From the IMG/VR virus record IMGVR_UViG_3300035698_017588, positions 1 through 64,000 of that record: a DNA stretch of 64,000 nt. The stretch is one strand, 5' to 3'. Shown here piece after piece: positions 27,047-36,107 of the stretch. The stretch is from a virus. A model generated the notes under the pieces. The model was given only the letters and a program-made list of their open reading frames with translations, had not been told where the DNA came from and made no database searches. Position 1 is the stretch's first letter. Each line of letters begins with the position of its first letter. The translations under genes were made by a program, and so were the position numbers.

Positions 27047-29003
27047 GATACAGGCCATCCTCACATAAAAATTTATGGTCTAAAGTCACGTCTTCGCAAG
27101 AACCGTCTTCGAACTCTACTCTAAAGATTTCTTGTTCACCAGAATAACTAATATCCACACAATGATCTATGAACAAATCTTGTCCATCATATGACCAAAG
27201 ACTTGGTAATTGATTATGTTCAAGAAAATCACTTGTCACGGGGGGAGAGTCACACCATTCTTGAATAGTCATCTCTAATCCAGTAACAACACATTTCAAT
27301 TTTGTGTCGTATGACAAACATTTATTAAAAGCGTAGCGACCGAAAGTCTCAAGCTTTCCCCAATATTCCTCAGCAAATTGTGGGCCAAGAGTCTTTGACG
27401 CACCACGAATCCATTTTTCTTTGATAGCTGGGAGCTTGTGGACCTTCTTCTTCGCAATGTCCTTCCGACTCATCTGAGCCTCGGTGGCCGAAAAACCACC
27501 CAGACGTTGCCAAAGAGCCGTCAACTGTTCCTGATAAGTACAAACACCATAAGTCTTCTCAAGGATCTCGAACATAATCGGGTTGCGAGCCTTAAGCTCG
27601 CCCTTCCACGATTGAGTTGGATCATCACGATTAGCCAAAACAGTAGGAATCGACTGCATCGGGCCAGGGTGCCCGAGAGCATTCAACAATGTCAACTGGT
27701 GCGGATCACTGACACCCTCACCCTCAGATGCGTCAGCCAAAATCGACTTGGCCAATGACGTATCGAACTGGAAAATCGTGTCCGTCCGTTGGGTGTTGAT
27801 GAGCTTATAAGTCGCTTTATCATCATAGCGAATCTCGTGCTCGTTCCCATCCAAGTCATAAAACTTGCCACAATAACCAGCCTCGGGATCGACATCATCA
27901 AGACCCGAAAGCTCATAGCAACCGCCATATCCCTCGATCTCTTGTGGAATACCAAAAGTAATCCCGCGATTCGCCTTGATCATATAACAACAGTTATAAA
28001 TGTACTCCAAGGTCTTAAGACCAAGAATGTCCCATTTAATATATCCGCATTTGGATAACTGTTGATTCCCGCCCTCAGACCACATCGAAACCCAAGGGCC
28101 ATCAACCTTATTCTTACCAAGCGGGATGTTGCCAAGAAGCTTGGTACTGGCGATGATTAGAGCACCCGCATGCATGCCCATGTTGCGAATTCGACCGACC
28201 ATTTTAGCCGCATAGCCAATAGCAGCCGGGAAACGACGAGCAAAATCAGCTAAAGGCTCGTTCTCTTTCAACAGACGTTCGAGAGTCGGAGCGTCAGTTA
28301 GTTCACTACCACATTTCGGACATTGATAACGAGCGTGGCGATTGCCACACTCACGCATTTTGCCGCTCTCGTCTGTGATGTTGCCTTTACAAGTAGCCAG
28401 ACCACCGGGTTTGAGGTTATCAAGATCATCGGGGAGATTGGAAGTCAGCTTTTCAGCTTCGTTCCTATGCATCAATCCTAAAGCGGTTGCTGCGTCTTGG
28501 ATCGCCATCTTGAATTTGTATGTCTGCCATGTGCCGACACTACACACTTGAAGATCGCCCAATCCGTTCCCATCACCATAACGTCTGATGGCGTAGTCTT
28601 TGATCGGATCGCGGGCCGCTGGGAGACAGTCAATGTCAATATCTGGGACATCATTGTCTTTTTGGAAGTCATGGGGTGGACTACCATGCTTCTCGACGTA
28701 TGCGGCGACGTCGTCGTAGCTTGTGCTGATTAGGCATTCCGAGCCTCGTTGAGACATGGGATCGACGGGATCTGTGAGCATCCCGAGAACCCATGGTATT
28801 AGCAGATTGTTCGGATTCGAGTCGAATTTGGCTTCGGTGTTGAGATACTCGATCCAAAGACCATTTAAACCTTGCTTGTTCAGTTCGTACAACTCGAACT
28901 CAACACGATCCTTGTATTGTTCTGGTAAGTGGTCGGCTGCTTGCTTTACAGACTCTTCGAACTCTTCCCAGGTTTCAATCTTGTTTAGCAGCGTTGTACT
29001 CAT
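26997..29003 (-). CDS. dnaE: DnaE catalytic (palm/fingers) part fused to a split intein N-fragment
   Basis: PDIDIDC, GMHAGALII, KWDILGLKTL, IFQFD, TYGVCTYQEQ, YAFNK|CLSYDT. Confidence 0.92.
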   Translation of the reverse strand: MSTTLLNKIETWEEFEESVKQAADHLPEQYKDRVEFELYELNKQGLNGLWIEYLNTEAKFDSNPNNLLIPWVLGMLTDPVDPMSQRGSECLISTSYDDVAAYVEKHGSPPHDFQKDNDVPDIDIDCLPAARDPIKDYAIRRYGDGNGLGDLQVCSVGTWQTYKFKMAIQDAATALGLMHRNEAEKLTSNLPDDLDNLKPGGLATCKGNITDESGKMRECGNRHARYQCPKCGSELTDAPTLERLLKENEPLADFARRFPAAIGYAAKMVGRIRNMGMHAGALIIASTKLLGNIPLGKNKVDGPWVSMWSEGGNQQLSKCGYIKWDILGLKTLEYIYNCCYMIKANRGITFGIPQEIEGYGGCYELSGLDDVDPEAGYCGKFYDLDGNEHEIRYDDKATYKLINTQRTDTIFQFDTSLAKSILADASEGEGVSDPHQLTLLNALGHPGPMQSIPTVLANRDDPTQSWKGELKARNPIMFEILEKTYGVCTYQEQLTALWQRLGGFSATEAQMSRKDIAKKKVHKLPAIKEKWIRGASKTLGPQFAEEYWGKLETFGRYAFNKCLSYDTKLKCVVTGLEMTIQEWCDSPPVTSDFLEHNQLPSLWSYDGQDLFIDHCVDISYSGEQEIFRVEFEDGSCEDVTLDHKFLCEDGLYHEVREIVAKGLEITTP
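27000..27320 (-). mobile_element. split intein N-fragment of DnaE (107 aa)
   Basis: CLSYDT block A, FEDG..EDVTLDHKFL block B. Confidence 0.9.
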
Positions 29004-29934
29004 CCAGTTTTTCCGGGTGCTTTTGTTTGACGTGATTGGTAACACCGAAGGCTTTCTTCATCGTTTTGTCACAGTAAGGACAGGAAAAACCTTCAGTCGG
29101 TTTCTCTATCACTTCTGGTACTTCCTCTTCGGAACCACGGGGATCAGCGGTTGGTGCTTCCGTGGTGGTATCCGTCTCGGAGTCGTCTTCAAGGAATTGT
29201 GGTGGCACATCATTGTCGACCACTAAATCTTCAACGTCAACGGCGGCATCGGATGATTTGGTGAAGTTCCGGAGCGAGACTGGAAGCAACACCCATGGGC
29301 CTTCTGCGACGATGTGTTTTCCCTGTATTGTAAACGAGCTGTAATACAAGAGCAGATTATGATCGTTCGATTGGGAAACGATCTCTTGCAGATGCTTCTT
29401 AGAGAAAGCCTTGCGGAATCCGACGATTTTGGATGGTGGTTCGACTAAGGCGAAAACGAATTTTTCATAGTCGAGGTCATTTAGTGATTTGCCGATATCG
29501 ACAGCGACATTCCCGCTGTCATCTTGACTGTAGAACACAGAAGGGGGCAGGTTTTTCACAATGATTTCATCCACAATAGCACGTTCGTCAGAAGCAGCCA
29601 AAAGAGACGATTCAGCTGATAATAATTTCTCAATCACCAAGTCTGGTGCACCGTATTCAACACGCTTGAATTTGTCACGCCACTCACCAAGCACCTTCTC
29701 AGTACAAGATGACTCATCTGGGCTGACCAATATCAATTCGTGTCGGAAATTACCTATTGTGGCAGCTAAAGCCAATAATTCACCGCGACCGGCAGACGGG
29801 CAAATCTCAGCAGAACCAAACCAACGTGCCATGTAAAGCATGGAGTAGTCTCCATCTTTCATCTCACGTTGGACTTGGAGAGAGCAATAAAGTTGTCGGT
29901 CAATTATTGAGTCGTCGTACTGAATTCTGATCAT
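28975..29934 (-). CDS. hypothetical protein with C-terminal C2H2 zinc finger
   Basis: ATGA-coupled to the dnaE PHP gene; CPYC...H...H at the C-terminus; lies between dnaE fragments. Confidence 0.65.
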   Translation of the reverse strand: MIRIQYDDSIIDRQLYCSLQVQREMKDGDYSMLYMARWFGSAEICPSAGRGELLALAATIGNFRHELILVSPDESSCTEKVLGEWRDKFKRVEYGAPDLVIEKLLSAESSLLAASDERAIVDEIIVKNLPPSVFYSQDDSGNVAVDIGKSLNDLDYEKFVFALVEPPSKIVGFRKAFSKKHLQEIVSQSNDHNLLLYYSSFTIQGKHIVAEGPWVLLPVSLRNFTKSSDAAVDVEDLVVDNDVPPQFLEDDSETDTTTEAPTADPRGSEEEVPEVIEKPTEGFSCPYCDKTMKKAFGVTNHVKQKHPEKLDEYNAAKQD

Positions 29935-32483
29935 GTTGATGAAACCGGTTTTGGCATGGATGCATTGAGACGGTATCCACCACGGGCTTCTGCAAGGAAC
30001 CGGTCGAATGACAGGTCCCATTTCAGAGGATCGATCGAGGATAACCCTAGTAAGTAACAAACCAAACTACCACCACCACTACCCCGTGGACCAAAGATCC
30101 ATCCCTGCGACTTTCCATACATAATCAGATCCTGAGTAATCAAGAAATAACTAGCAAAGCCTTTGGAAATAAAACGAGTCAGCTCGATAGTAGCTTGTTG
30201 GACGTAAGTGACCTCACGACCATCGATCACGAACTTGCGATCGACCTTATCAAGACCTTTCATTCTCAACGCTTTCATCACAATCTCAGTCAGCTTCGTA
30301 GCATCATCAGTGATACGCGGAAACTTTGGATTGCTATCCAACTCAATGTAATCACACTTATCAACAATCTCAAGAGTAGCATCACACATAGCCTCGAAAG
30401 CACTAGATGACACCTTCTCACAGTAGCGGTTCGACGCATAATAAGACCAAAGCTCAGCCCTGGTCTTAAAATATTGCTCGCTACTATTCACATGGAACAA
30501 ATCAGGAGAATCAACAGTCGTCCCCTGAGCCGTAGCCATCATGATCTTCTGGATCTCGAAGTCCTTACGCTGAATGTAATGAGAATTGCCAGATGACAGA
30601 CCGACCAAGAAGGAATGATCATCTTCGACTTGTATACACCACACTTCTTTTAAATCAGATTTAACGACTTTAAATGGATTTTTAATCCAAACTCCATGGT
30701 GATCTTGATGATGTTTAGATCTAACTTTAGAAGCGTCAAAATACTCGCCCAACCCAATCGCAAAGATACCAGCTTTACCGATAGAACCAGTATAACCCTC
30801 CCTATGTCTTGTTGATATCCTACGACCGTCTTTTTTCTTGATTATAGCATCTTTAGCGGGTCGTAGCTGCGGAGTAACCCCGACACCAAGACAAGCAAAA
30901 GCGTGCATTAAATCAGTGAAAAGTTGGAAGGATGTAGTAAAAAAACTGCGACGAGAAATACAACCATCACCTTCAACGTAACCTCGTATTAAAACCGACA
31001 ACTGACGAGATGATAACTTAGTCCAAAATTGCGGTAATTTCTTAGCATAAACAGAAAATCCACAACAATTAGCGAACAATTTGGAAAAACCAGAAGAACA
31101 GATTCTAATTGATCTGCCTTTATCAGATACTTTAGAGATATCACTTGGAGAAAAACCAAATTGGGTAAAATATTCTTGTATCCGACTGAAACGATCAAGT
31201 TCCAAATCATTACCAGCAAATCCGAGCCTGTAGTCCTTATCGGTATGACCTTCAGCAATGTAAATGCCGAACAACCATAATAATTCATCAGTCAATTCTA
31301 TGACATTTGGTATCGGATTTATCGATTTGCCGCCAAATGGGTAAATCAACCCATCCCTTACTTTACATCTAGGGTCGTCAATATAATCACTAATAGTCAA
31401 TTCTTTTAAATCGTCATCAGGAAGAATGGGAGCGGCTACGTGTATAAAATCATCGGGACTAATATCACGAATCTCTTTCATTCCAATCAAACCGGTTTCA
31501 TGGCATTTAGAATACAATCTATGATTTTCAGTGCATACCATCACTTGGCTACCCAGAAAACCATATAATTCTTCTCTATCTCTAACCTTTCTCTTACCAA
31601 TACACTGTACTTCTCTAAGACGATTTTTATGTGTCCAAACATACTCACCAGGGCGAATGTCGCACAGCCTCTTAGAACCATTGATAGTCTGAACAGTAAC
31701 CTCAGGATTCCAACAATCATTCGCAAGAACAGTCTTCAATCCAAAATAATCTGCCAAGCCTACTAGATCCCAAAAGACCTCGTAGTCATCCTCAATCCCT
31801 GGCATTTGCAATTCGATATAGTAATCCTCACCGAATGCATCCTTAAACTTCTTTACCCACGTCGCAGCAGCTTGAAAACGCTCCTTACGAGTAGTCTCAA
31901 CAATGAGATTATCCTCTTTGTCTCGAAGCTCCTTATACCGAAGCTCATGAGCCACGGGACCATTGAGGCACCCGCTGAGAATAATCAAGCCTTCCCGGTG
32001 TTTACAAAGCTTGTCGAACCAAATACGGTTCATTTTACGACTACCAGCCCCGAAGAGCCCATCATCATAAGCTTCCGTGGTCAATTTGAGCAAGTTATGT
32101 AAACCCTGCTCTGTCTTGCAGAGCACGGTAAGGTGACGATTACGATTGATTCTAGTGGCGAGTGCGAAATTCTCAGCACGCCAAGCCTGACTCTTGAGCT
32201 TTATGCCTTGTTCGACCAACGACTGTCTTTGGGGTTCATAATCATTAAAATAAATCTCGCAGCCAAATATACTTTTCAGACCGTGTTTTTTGAATTCAAA
32301 ATGAAAATCTGGAACAGATCCCATATGACCATGTTCAGTGATGGCCATGCCGGGCCATCCATTATCGACACATTTTTCGGCGTATTCTTCGATAGTCGCT
32401 ACACCATCAAGTGCCGAATAAATCGAATGACAATGAAGGTGGGCAAATCCCGAAGATCCGGTATATTCGCTAGGTTCAGGCAT
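29931..32483 (-). CDS. dnaE: DnaE N-terminal part (PHP domain to RGS motif) containing an intein
   Basis: FAHLHCHSIYSALDG, AITEHG, GCEIY, LSGCL, AND|...|SHY, GPRGSGGGSLVCYLLG...FDRFL then stop. Confidence 0.93.
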   Translation of the reverse strand: MPEPSEYTGSSGFAHLHCHSIYSALDGVATIEEYAEKCVDNGWPGMAITEHGHMGSVPDFHFEFKKHGLKSIFGCEIYFNDYEPQRQSLVEQGIKLKSQAWRAENFALATRINRNRHLTVLCKTEQGLHNLLKLTTEAYDDGLFGAGSRKMNRIWFDKLCKHREGLIILSGCLNGPVAHELRYKELRDKEDNLIVETTRKERFQAAATWVKKFKDAFGEDYYIELQMPGIEDDYEVFWDLVGLADYFGLKTVLANDCWNPEVTVQTINGSKRLCDIRPGEYVWTHKNRLREVQCIGKRKVRDREELYGFLGSQVMVCTENHRLYSKCHETGLIGMKEIRDISPDDFIHVAAPILPDDDLKELTISDYIDDPRCKVRDGLIYPFGGKSINPIPNVIELTDELLWLFGIYIAEGHTDKDYRLGFAGNDLELDRFSRIQEYFTQFGFSPSDISKVSDKGRSIRICSSGFSKLFANCCGFSVYAKKLPQFWTKLSSRQLSVLIRGYVEGDGCISRRSFFTTSFQLFTDLMHAFACLGVGVTPQLRPAKDAIIKKKDGRRISTRHREGYTGSIGKAGIFAIGLGEYFDASKVRSKHHQDHHGVWIKNPFKVVKSDLKEVWCIQVEDDHSFLVGLSSGNSHYIQRKDFEIQKIMMATAQGTTVDSPDLFHVNSSEQYFKTRAELWSYYASNRYCEKVSSSAFEAMCDATLEIVDKCDYIELDSNPKFPRITDDATKLTEIVMKALRMKGLDKVDRKFVIDGREVTYVQQATIELTRFISKGFASYFLITQDLIMYGKSQGWIFGPRGSGGGSLVCYLLGLSSIDPLKWDLSFDRFLAEARGGYRLNASMPKPVSST
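30585..31715 (-). mobile_element. intein with LAGLIDADG endonuclease in the DnaE PHP domain (377 aa)
   Basis: CWNPEV start, CTENH, FGIYIAEG, IRGYVEGDG, VWCIQVEDDHSF...SGN|S. Confidence 0.9.
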
Positions 32484-32506
32484 CGAAAATCCAAAGAGTT
32501 GAAGTA

Positions 32507-33943
32507 ATGGCAAGAAGAAGAACACAAGAAGAATTTATTGAACAAAGCTTAAAGAAACATGGCGAAAAATATGATTATAACAAATCTGATTATATAAATG
32601 AATATACTAAAATAATAATAATATGCCGAGAGCATGGCGAATTTGAGCAAAAACCGTCAATCCACTTAAAGGGACATGGGTGCAGAAAATGCCGATATGA
32701 AAAATTAGCAGCCAATATGGGTGGTGGATTAACCGGTTTTATTAAGAAAGCTTCTAAAATTCATGATAATAAATACGATTATTCAAAAGTTGAATATTCG
32801 ACATCACAGAAGAAAGTGGTTATCATATGTCCAGAACATGGTGAATTCGAACAATTACCGTGTAATCATATTAATAAGTGTGCTGGTTGTTTGAAGTGTT
32901 CGACCGCTTACCAACCCACAAATAAAGAATTTATAAACAAACTTGTTTATAAATTCGGAGAAAGGCATGATTATTCTAAAACTATATATACATCATCGAA
33001 AGACAGAATTACTGTAATATGTCCAGAGCATGGTGAATTTCAAATTAGAGCTGAATCTTATGTAAGATCTGGATCTTGCCCTAGATGCTGCTCGTCTAAC
33101 GAACAATTGGTGATCCACGATTTTGTTACCAGCTTCGAACCAACGGCAAAATCGAATGATAGGGAAGCCATACGCCCTTTAGAATTAGATGTCTATATTC
33201 CAAGCAAAAAACTTGGAATAGAATATAATGGAAATTATTGGCATTCATTTAACAGAAATGAAACAACAGAAGAGAGAAAGAGGCACCAAACAAAATTCGA
33301 GAAATGCGAAAAATCTGGTATAAGATTATTTCAAATAAACACCACGGAATATGAAGACAAATTCGAAATAGTCCAATCTATGATCAGACACAGATTAGGA
33401 TTATCAAAAAAGGTCGGTGCCAGAAAAACAATGGTCAAAGAAATATCTAACAAAGAAGCGGGAATTTTTTTAGACCGCTGTCATATTAGTGGCCACAGAA
33501 ATGCATCTAAAAATTATGGATTGATTCTTGACGACAAATTGATCGCCACAACCACATTTAGTAAATATAAAATAGGTTGGGAAATAATAAGATACGCCAA
33601 CGAGTTAAACATAACCGTGGTAGGCGGTTTTTCTAGATTACTAAAATCATTTATAATCGACAATCGACCGAAAACAATCATGACGTTTGCTGATCTAAGA
33701 TATGGAAGTGGAAATGTTTATAAAGAATCTGGCTTCGAGTTAGTGAAACGAACGAAACCAGGATATGTCTATCTTGACTCTAATGCAAGATATATGGGGT
33801 CTAGGATAAAATTCCAAAAACATAAACTTGAAAAAATTTTAGAAGTCTTTCATACAGAACTAACGGAATCTGAAAACATGTTTCTCAACGGTTATAGAAG
33901 AATGTGGGATGCTGGGCATAATCAGTTTATTTTGAATCTCTAA
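32507..33943 (+). CDS. free-standing Hef-like homing endonuclease
   Basis: Three YDYS...C.EHGEF..C..C repeats, ELDVYIP...GIEYNGNYWHS, NGYRRMWDAG; AT-rich; paralog of 25517-27046. Confidence 0.85.
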   Translation: MARRRTQEEFIEQSLKKHGEKYDYNKSDYINEYTKIIIICREHGEFEQKPSIHLKGHGCRKCRYEKLAANMGGGLTGFIKKASKIHDNKYDYSKVEYSTSQKKVVIICPEHGEFEQLPCNHINKCAGCLKCSTAYQPTNKEFINKLVYKFGERHDYSKTIYTSSKDRITVICPEHGEFQIRAESYVRSGSCPRCCSSNEQLVIHDFVTSFEPTAKSNDREAIRPLELDVYIPSKKLGIEYNGNYWHSFNRNETTEERKRHQTKFEKCEKSGIRLFQINTTEYEDKFEIVQSMIRHRLGLSKKVGARKTMVKEISNKEAGIFLDRCHISGHRNASKNYGLILDDKLIATTTFSKYKIGWEIIRYANELNITVVGGFSRLLKSFIIDNRPKTIMTFADLRYGSGNVYKESGFELVKRTKPGYVYLDSNARYMGSRIKFQKHKLEKILEVFHTELTESENMFLNGYRRMWDAGHNQFILNL

Positions 33944-34565
33944 AGCTTATGATCTTATCGATATTTTGAATGAGTAGAGGAACGTCCGAGTCCTCAATCT
34001 CTAACACATCGAGAAGTTCATTAAAAGGATCAAATGTGACAGACTCCATTTCCTGAGTAATCAGATAAATCTTGTCACCATATTCCTTATCCCCAACATA
34101 CTTAGCCCTAGGTTGGTACCTATCAAGTGTCATGCGAGAAGCACGGGCTGACCTCTCTCGAATCAATGGATTAGCCACTATTTTGGCTACAAACTCTTTT
34201 ATCTTGTCGAATGGACGGAGTTCGACCCAAAACAGTTGCACAAATCTTTCAGCTGTCTCTGGGTCAGATAAGGATTTAATCAACCTCTTAACGAAGTCTT
34301 TGAAATACCGTTTCGATTTCGAAGAATAACCAGCATTGTAGCCATTCTCATAAGCCAAAGAACAAGCTTTGAGAGTAGAAAGAGAAGCTTCGCCCCTAGT
34401 TGCTTCCGGAAGCCAATATTCAGGAGCAATTATGTTGAGTTGTTTGAATTCGGAATCGAAGATTTTAATGTCCCAGATATCGAAAATATCAAGATAATAA
34501 ACCGAGTTACCTATCTTGATAACAACCACTTTATCTTTTGAACACAGAAATTCAAACTTCGCCAT
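33927..34565 (-). CDS. hypothetical protein
   Basis: 212-aa ORF, TAATG-coupled to the actin-like gene. Confidence 0.6.
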   Translation of the reverse strand: MAKFEFLCSKDKVVVIKIGNSVYYLDIFDIWDIKIFDSEFKQLNIIAPEYWLPEATRGEASLSTLKACSLAYENGYNAGYSSKSKRYFKDFVKRLIKSLSDPETAERFVQLFWVELRPFDKIKEFVAKIVANPLIRERSARASRMTLDRYQPRAKYVGDKEYGDKIYLITQEMESVTFDPFNELLDVLEIEDSDVPLLIQNIDKIISFRDSK

Positions 34566-35851
34566 TAGAACATTTCAGCAGCTTTCAAGCATCCTCGTGC
34601 CACAGTGAAGAGTGGACTTTTGCAAAGGATGACTTTATTAATCTCGAATGGCACTTCGAGTTCTTTGATCAATTTGATGCATCGATCATTGAATCCGGCA
34701 GGGCTGGCGGTGCCTCCTGCCATGTAGAGGTTGACACCTTCTTCGATTCTGGCTTCATTCTCGTTCTCTTTGAATCCTTCGATGATACCGGTAAGAACAT
34801 TATTAATGAGAATATCATAATGTAACACAATATCCATGCCAAGCCGGTCATCAGGCTCTTTGCCGGGAGTGAGATTAACAGACATTTTACGTTTCGACAC
34901 AGTAGTCGGAGTCTCTTTGGATTTCTTCCGGCTATCGGCATTGAATCCATGTCGTTGTGCTGTTTCATAATCAATCCAATCTCCGGAACCAACCCAGCAA
35001 AAGCTGAATATTTCTAGACCGTACTTGACATAGCTGACAGTAACGGTACCAGCACCCCAACTAATACCAATCCCCGTGCCATCGTCTGAGGAATCCAACA
35101 CAATCGCGTGTGATTCCTTGATCGTATGCCGTTCGATATTGGACTTAGTTTCATAACTATCCAAGATGACATTGACTACACGAGTATGGTAATCCAGATT
35201 GATATCTTTATTAATCGCTTTGGCGGTCGTACAGTAACACAGCTTGACACCATCACCGAATTTGCCGATGTCGTCTTCAGCCGTCTGCAACAAGCCAGTG
35301 ACAATCGTTGAGAGGATCGTCATAGCTTCTTCGTCAGCCGCAACACCGCCCTCAGCCATGGGACGCCGAAGATAATCGTTTTTGGCATAAGCGAATTCTT
35401 CTGCGTCTTTGCCGAGAATGATTGCTTGACCGTCTAGCTCGATCCAACGTGCCGGGCGTTTGGTCCCGTCAGATCTGACCTTGTTGGGATCATCGAGCAT
35501 ATTCTTCAAGAATGGAGTGACACGCTCGAAAGGCCAATAACCGTTAACCTCACTGAGGTAGCCGATTTCGCCGTTCTCTTCCTTAAAGGCAAGAACGATA
35601 TTACGGGTTCCGAGGTCGAGTCCTAAGTATTCCATTTTCATTCTCTTTGTTCTACAAATTTCGCCAAGCCGAAACACCCTTGGTTTCTTGGCAACCTTAT
35701 TTACTACCGAAGCAATGCGGGTATGCCCACGAACGATATCGATCTTGGACAGTGCGGGCTTGGTAGGTTTAGGAGCAAGAGGGGTATCAGCGATGACAGG
35801 GATTGGACGCTTTACAGTGTCCGACAATATTCTATTAGGTTCACTCGCCAC
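34565..35851 (-). CDS. actin-fold ATPase, volactin-like
   Basis: Phosphate-1 GLDLGTRNI, LRRPM.EG, phosphate-2 GIGISWGAGT, SGDWID, adenosine AGGTASP.GF, PLFTVARG; core starts at 35635. Confidence 0.85.
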   Translation of the reverse strand: MASEPNRILSDTVKRPIPVIADTPLAPKPTKPALSKIDIVRGHTRIASVVNKVAKKPRVFRLGEICRTKRMKMEYLGLDLGTRNIVLAFKEENGEIGYLSEVNGYWPFERVTPFLKNMLDDPNKVRSDGTKRPARWIELDGQAIILGKDAEEFAYAKNDYLRRPMAEGGVAADEEAMTILSTIVTGLLQTAEDDIGKFGDGVKLCYCTTAKAINKDINLDYHTRVVNVILDSYETKSNIERHTIKESHAIVLDSSDDGTGIGISWGAGTVTVSYVKYGLEIFSFCWVGSGDWIDYETAQRHGFNADSRKKSKETPTTVSKRKMSVNLTPGKEPDDRLGMDIVLHYDILINNVLTGIIEGFKENENEARIEEGVNLYMAGGTASPAGFNDRCIKLIKELEVPFEINKVILCKSPLFTVARGCLKAAEMF

Positions 35852-36107
35852 TCTTTGCCCTTGAACCGAAGCTAGTCTTGGGTGCTTTCTTCATCATCGA
35901 AGCAGGATCGGGTAATGGAACTTCCTGTTTCTTACCGTAGCCATTTTCCTCTCTTGTTGGAAAATCCAACGTCTCCACATTGCCCTTATAGACTGTGGGA
36001 GTCTTGGGTGCTTCAACATTAATATTGATGACGGATTCCTTCTTCGAAAACACCCATGCCCAATAATTTGCTGAAACAAGAAAAAGGATCATCCAGACAA
36101 TTGACAT
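35841..36107 (-). CDS. small N-terminally membrane-anchored protein
   Basis: MSIVWMILFLVSANYWAWVF hydrophobic N-terminus; overlaps the actin-like gene. Confidence 0.55.
   Translation of the reverse strand: MSIVWMILFLVSANYWAWVFSKKESVININVEAPKTPTVYKGNVETLDFPTREENGYGKKQEVPLPDPASMMKKAPKTSFGSRAKSGE

Noticed and set aside
24321-32483. dnaE (and likewise the helicase) fragments as pseudogenes or sequencing frameshifts
   Set aside because: Breaks coincide with intein termini or intact coupled ORFs, and catalytic motifs are preserved
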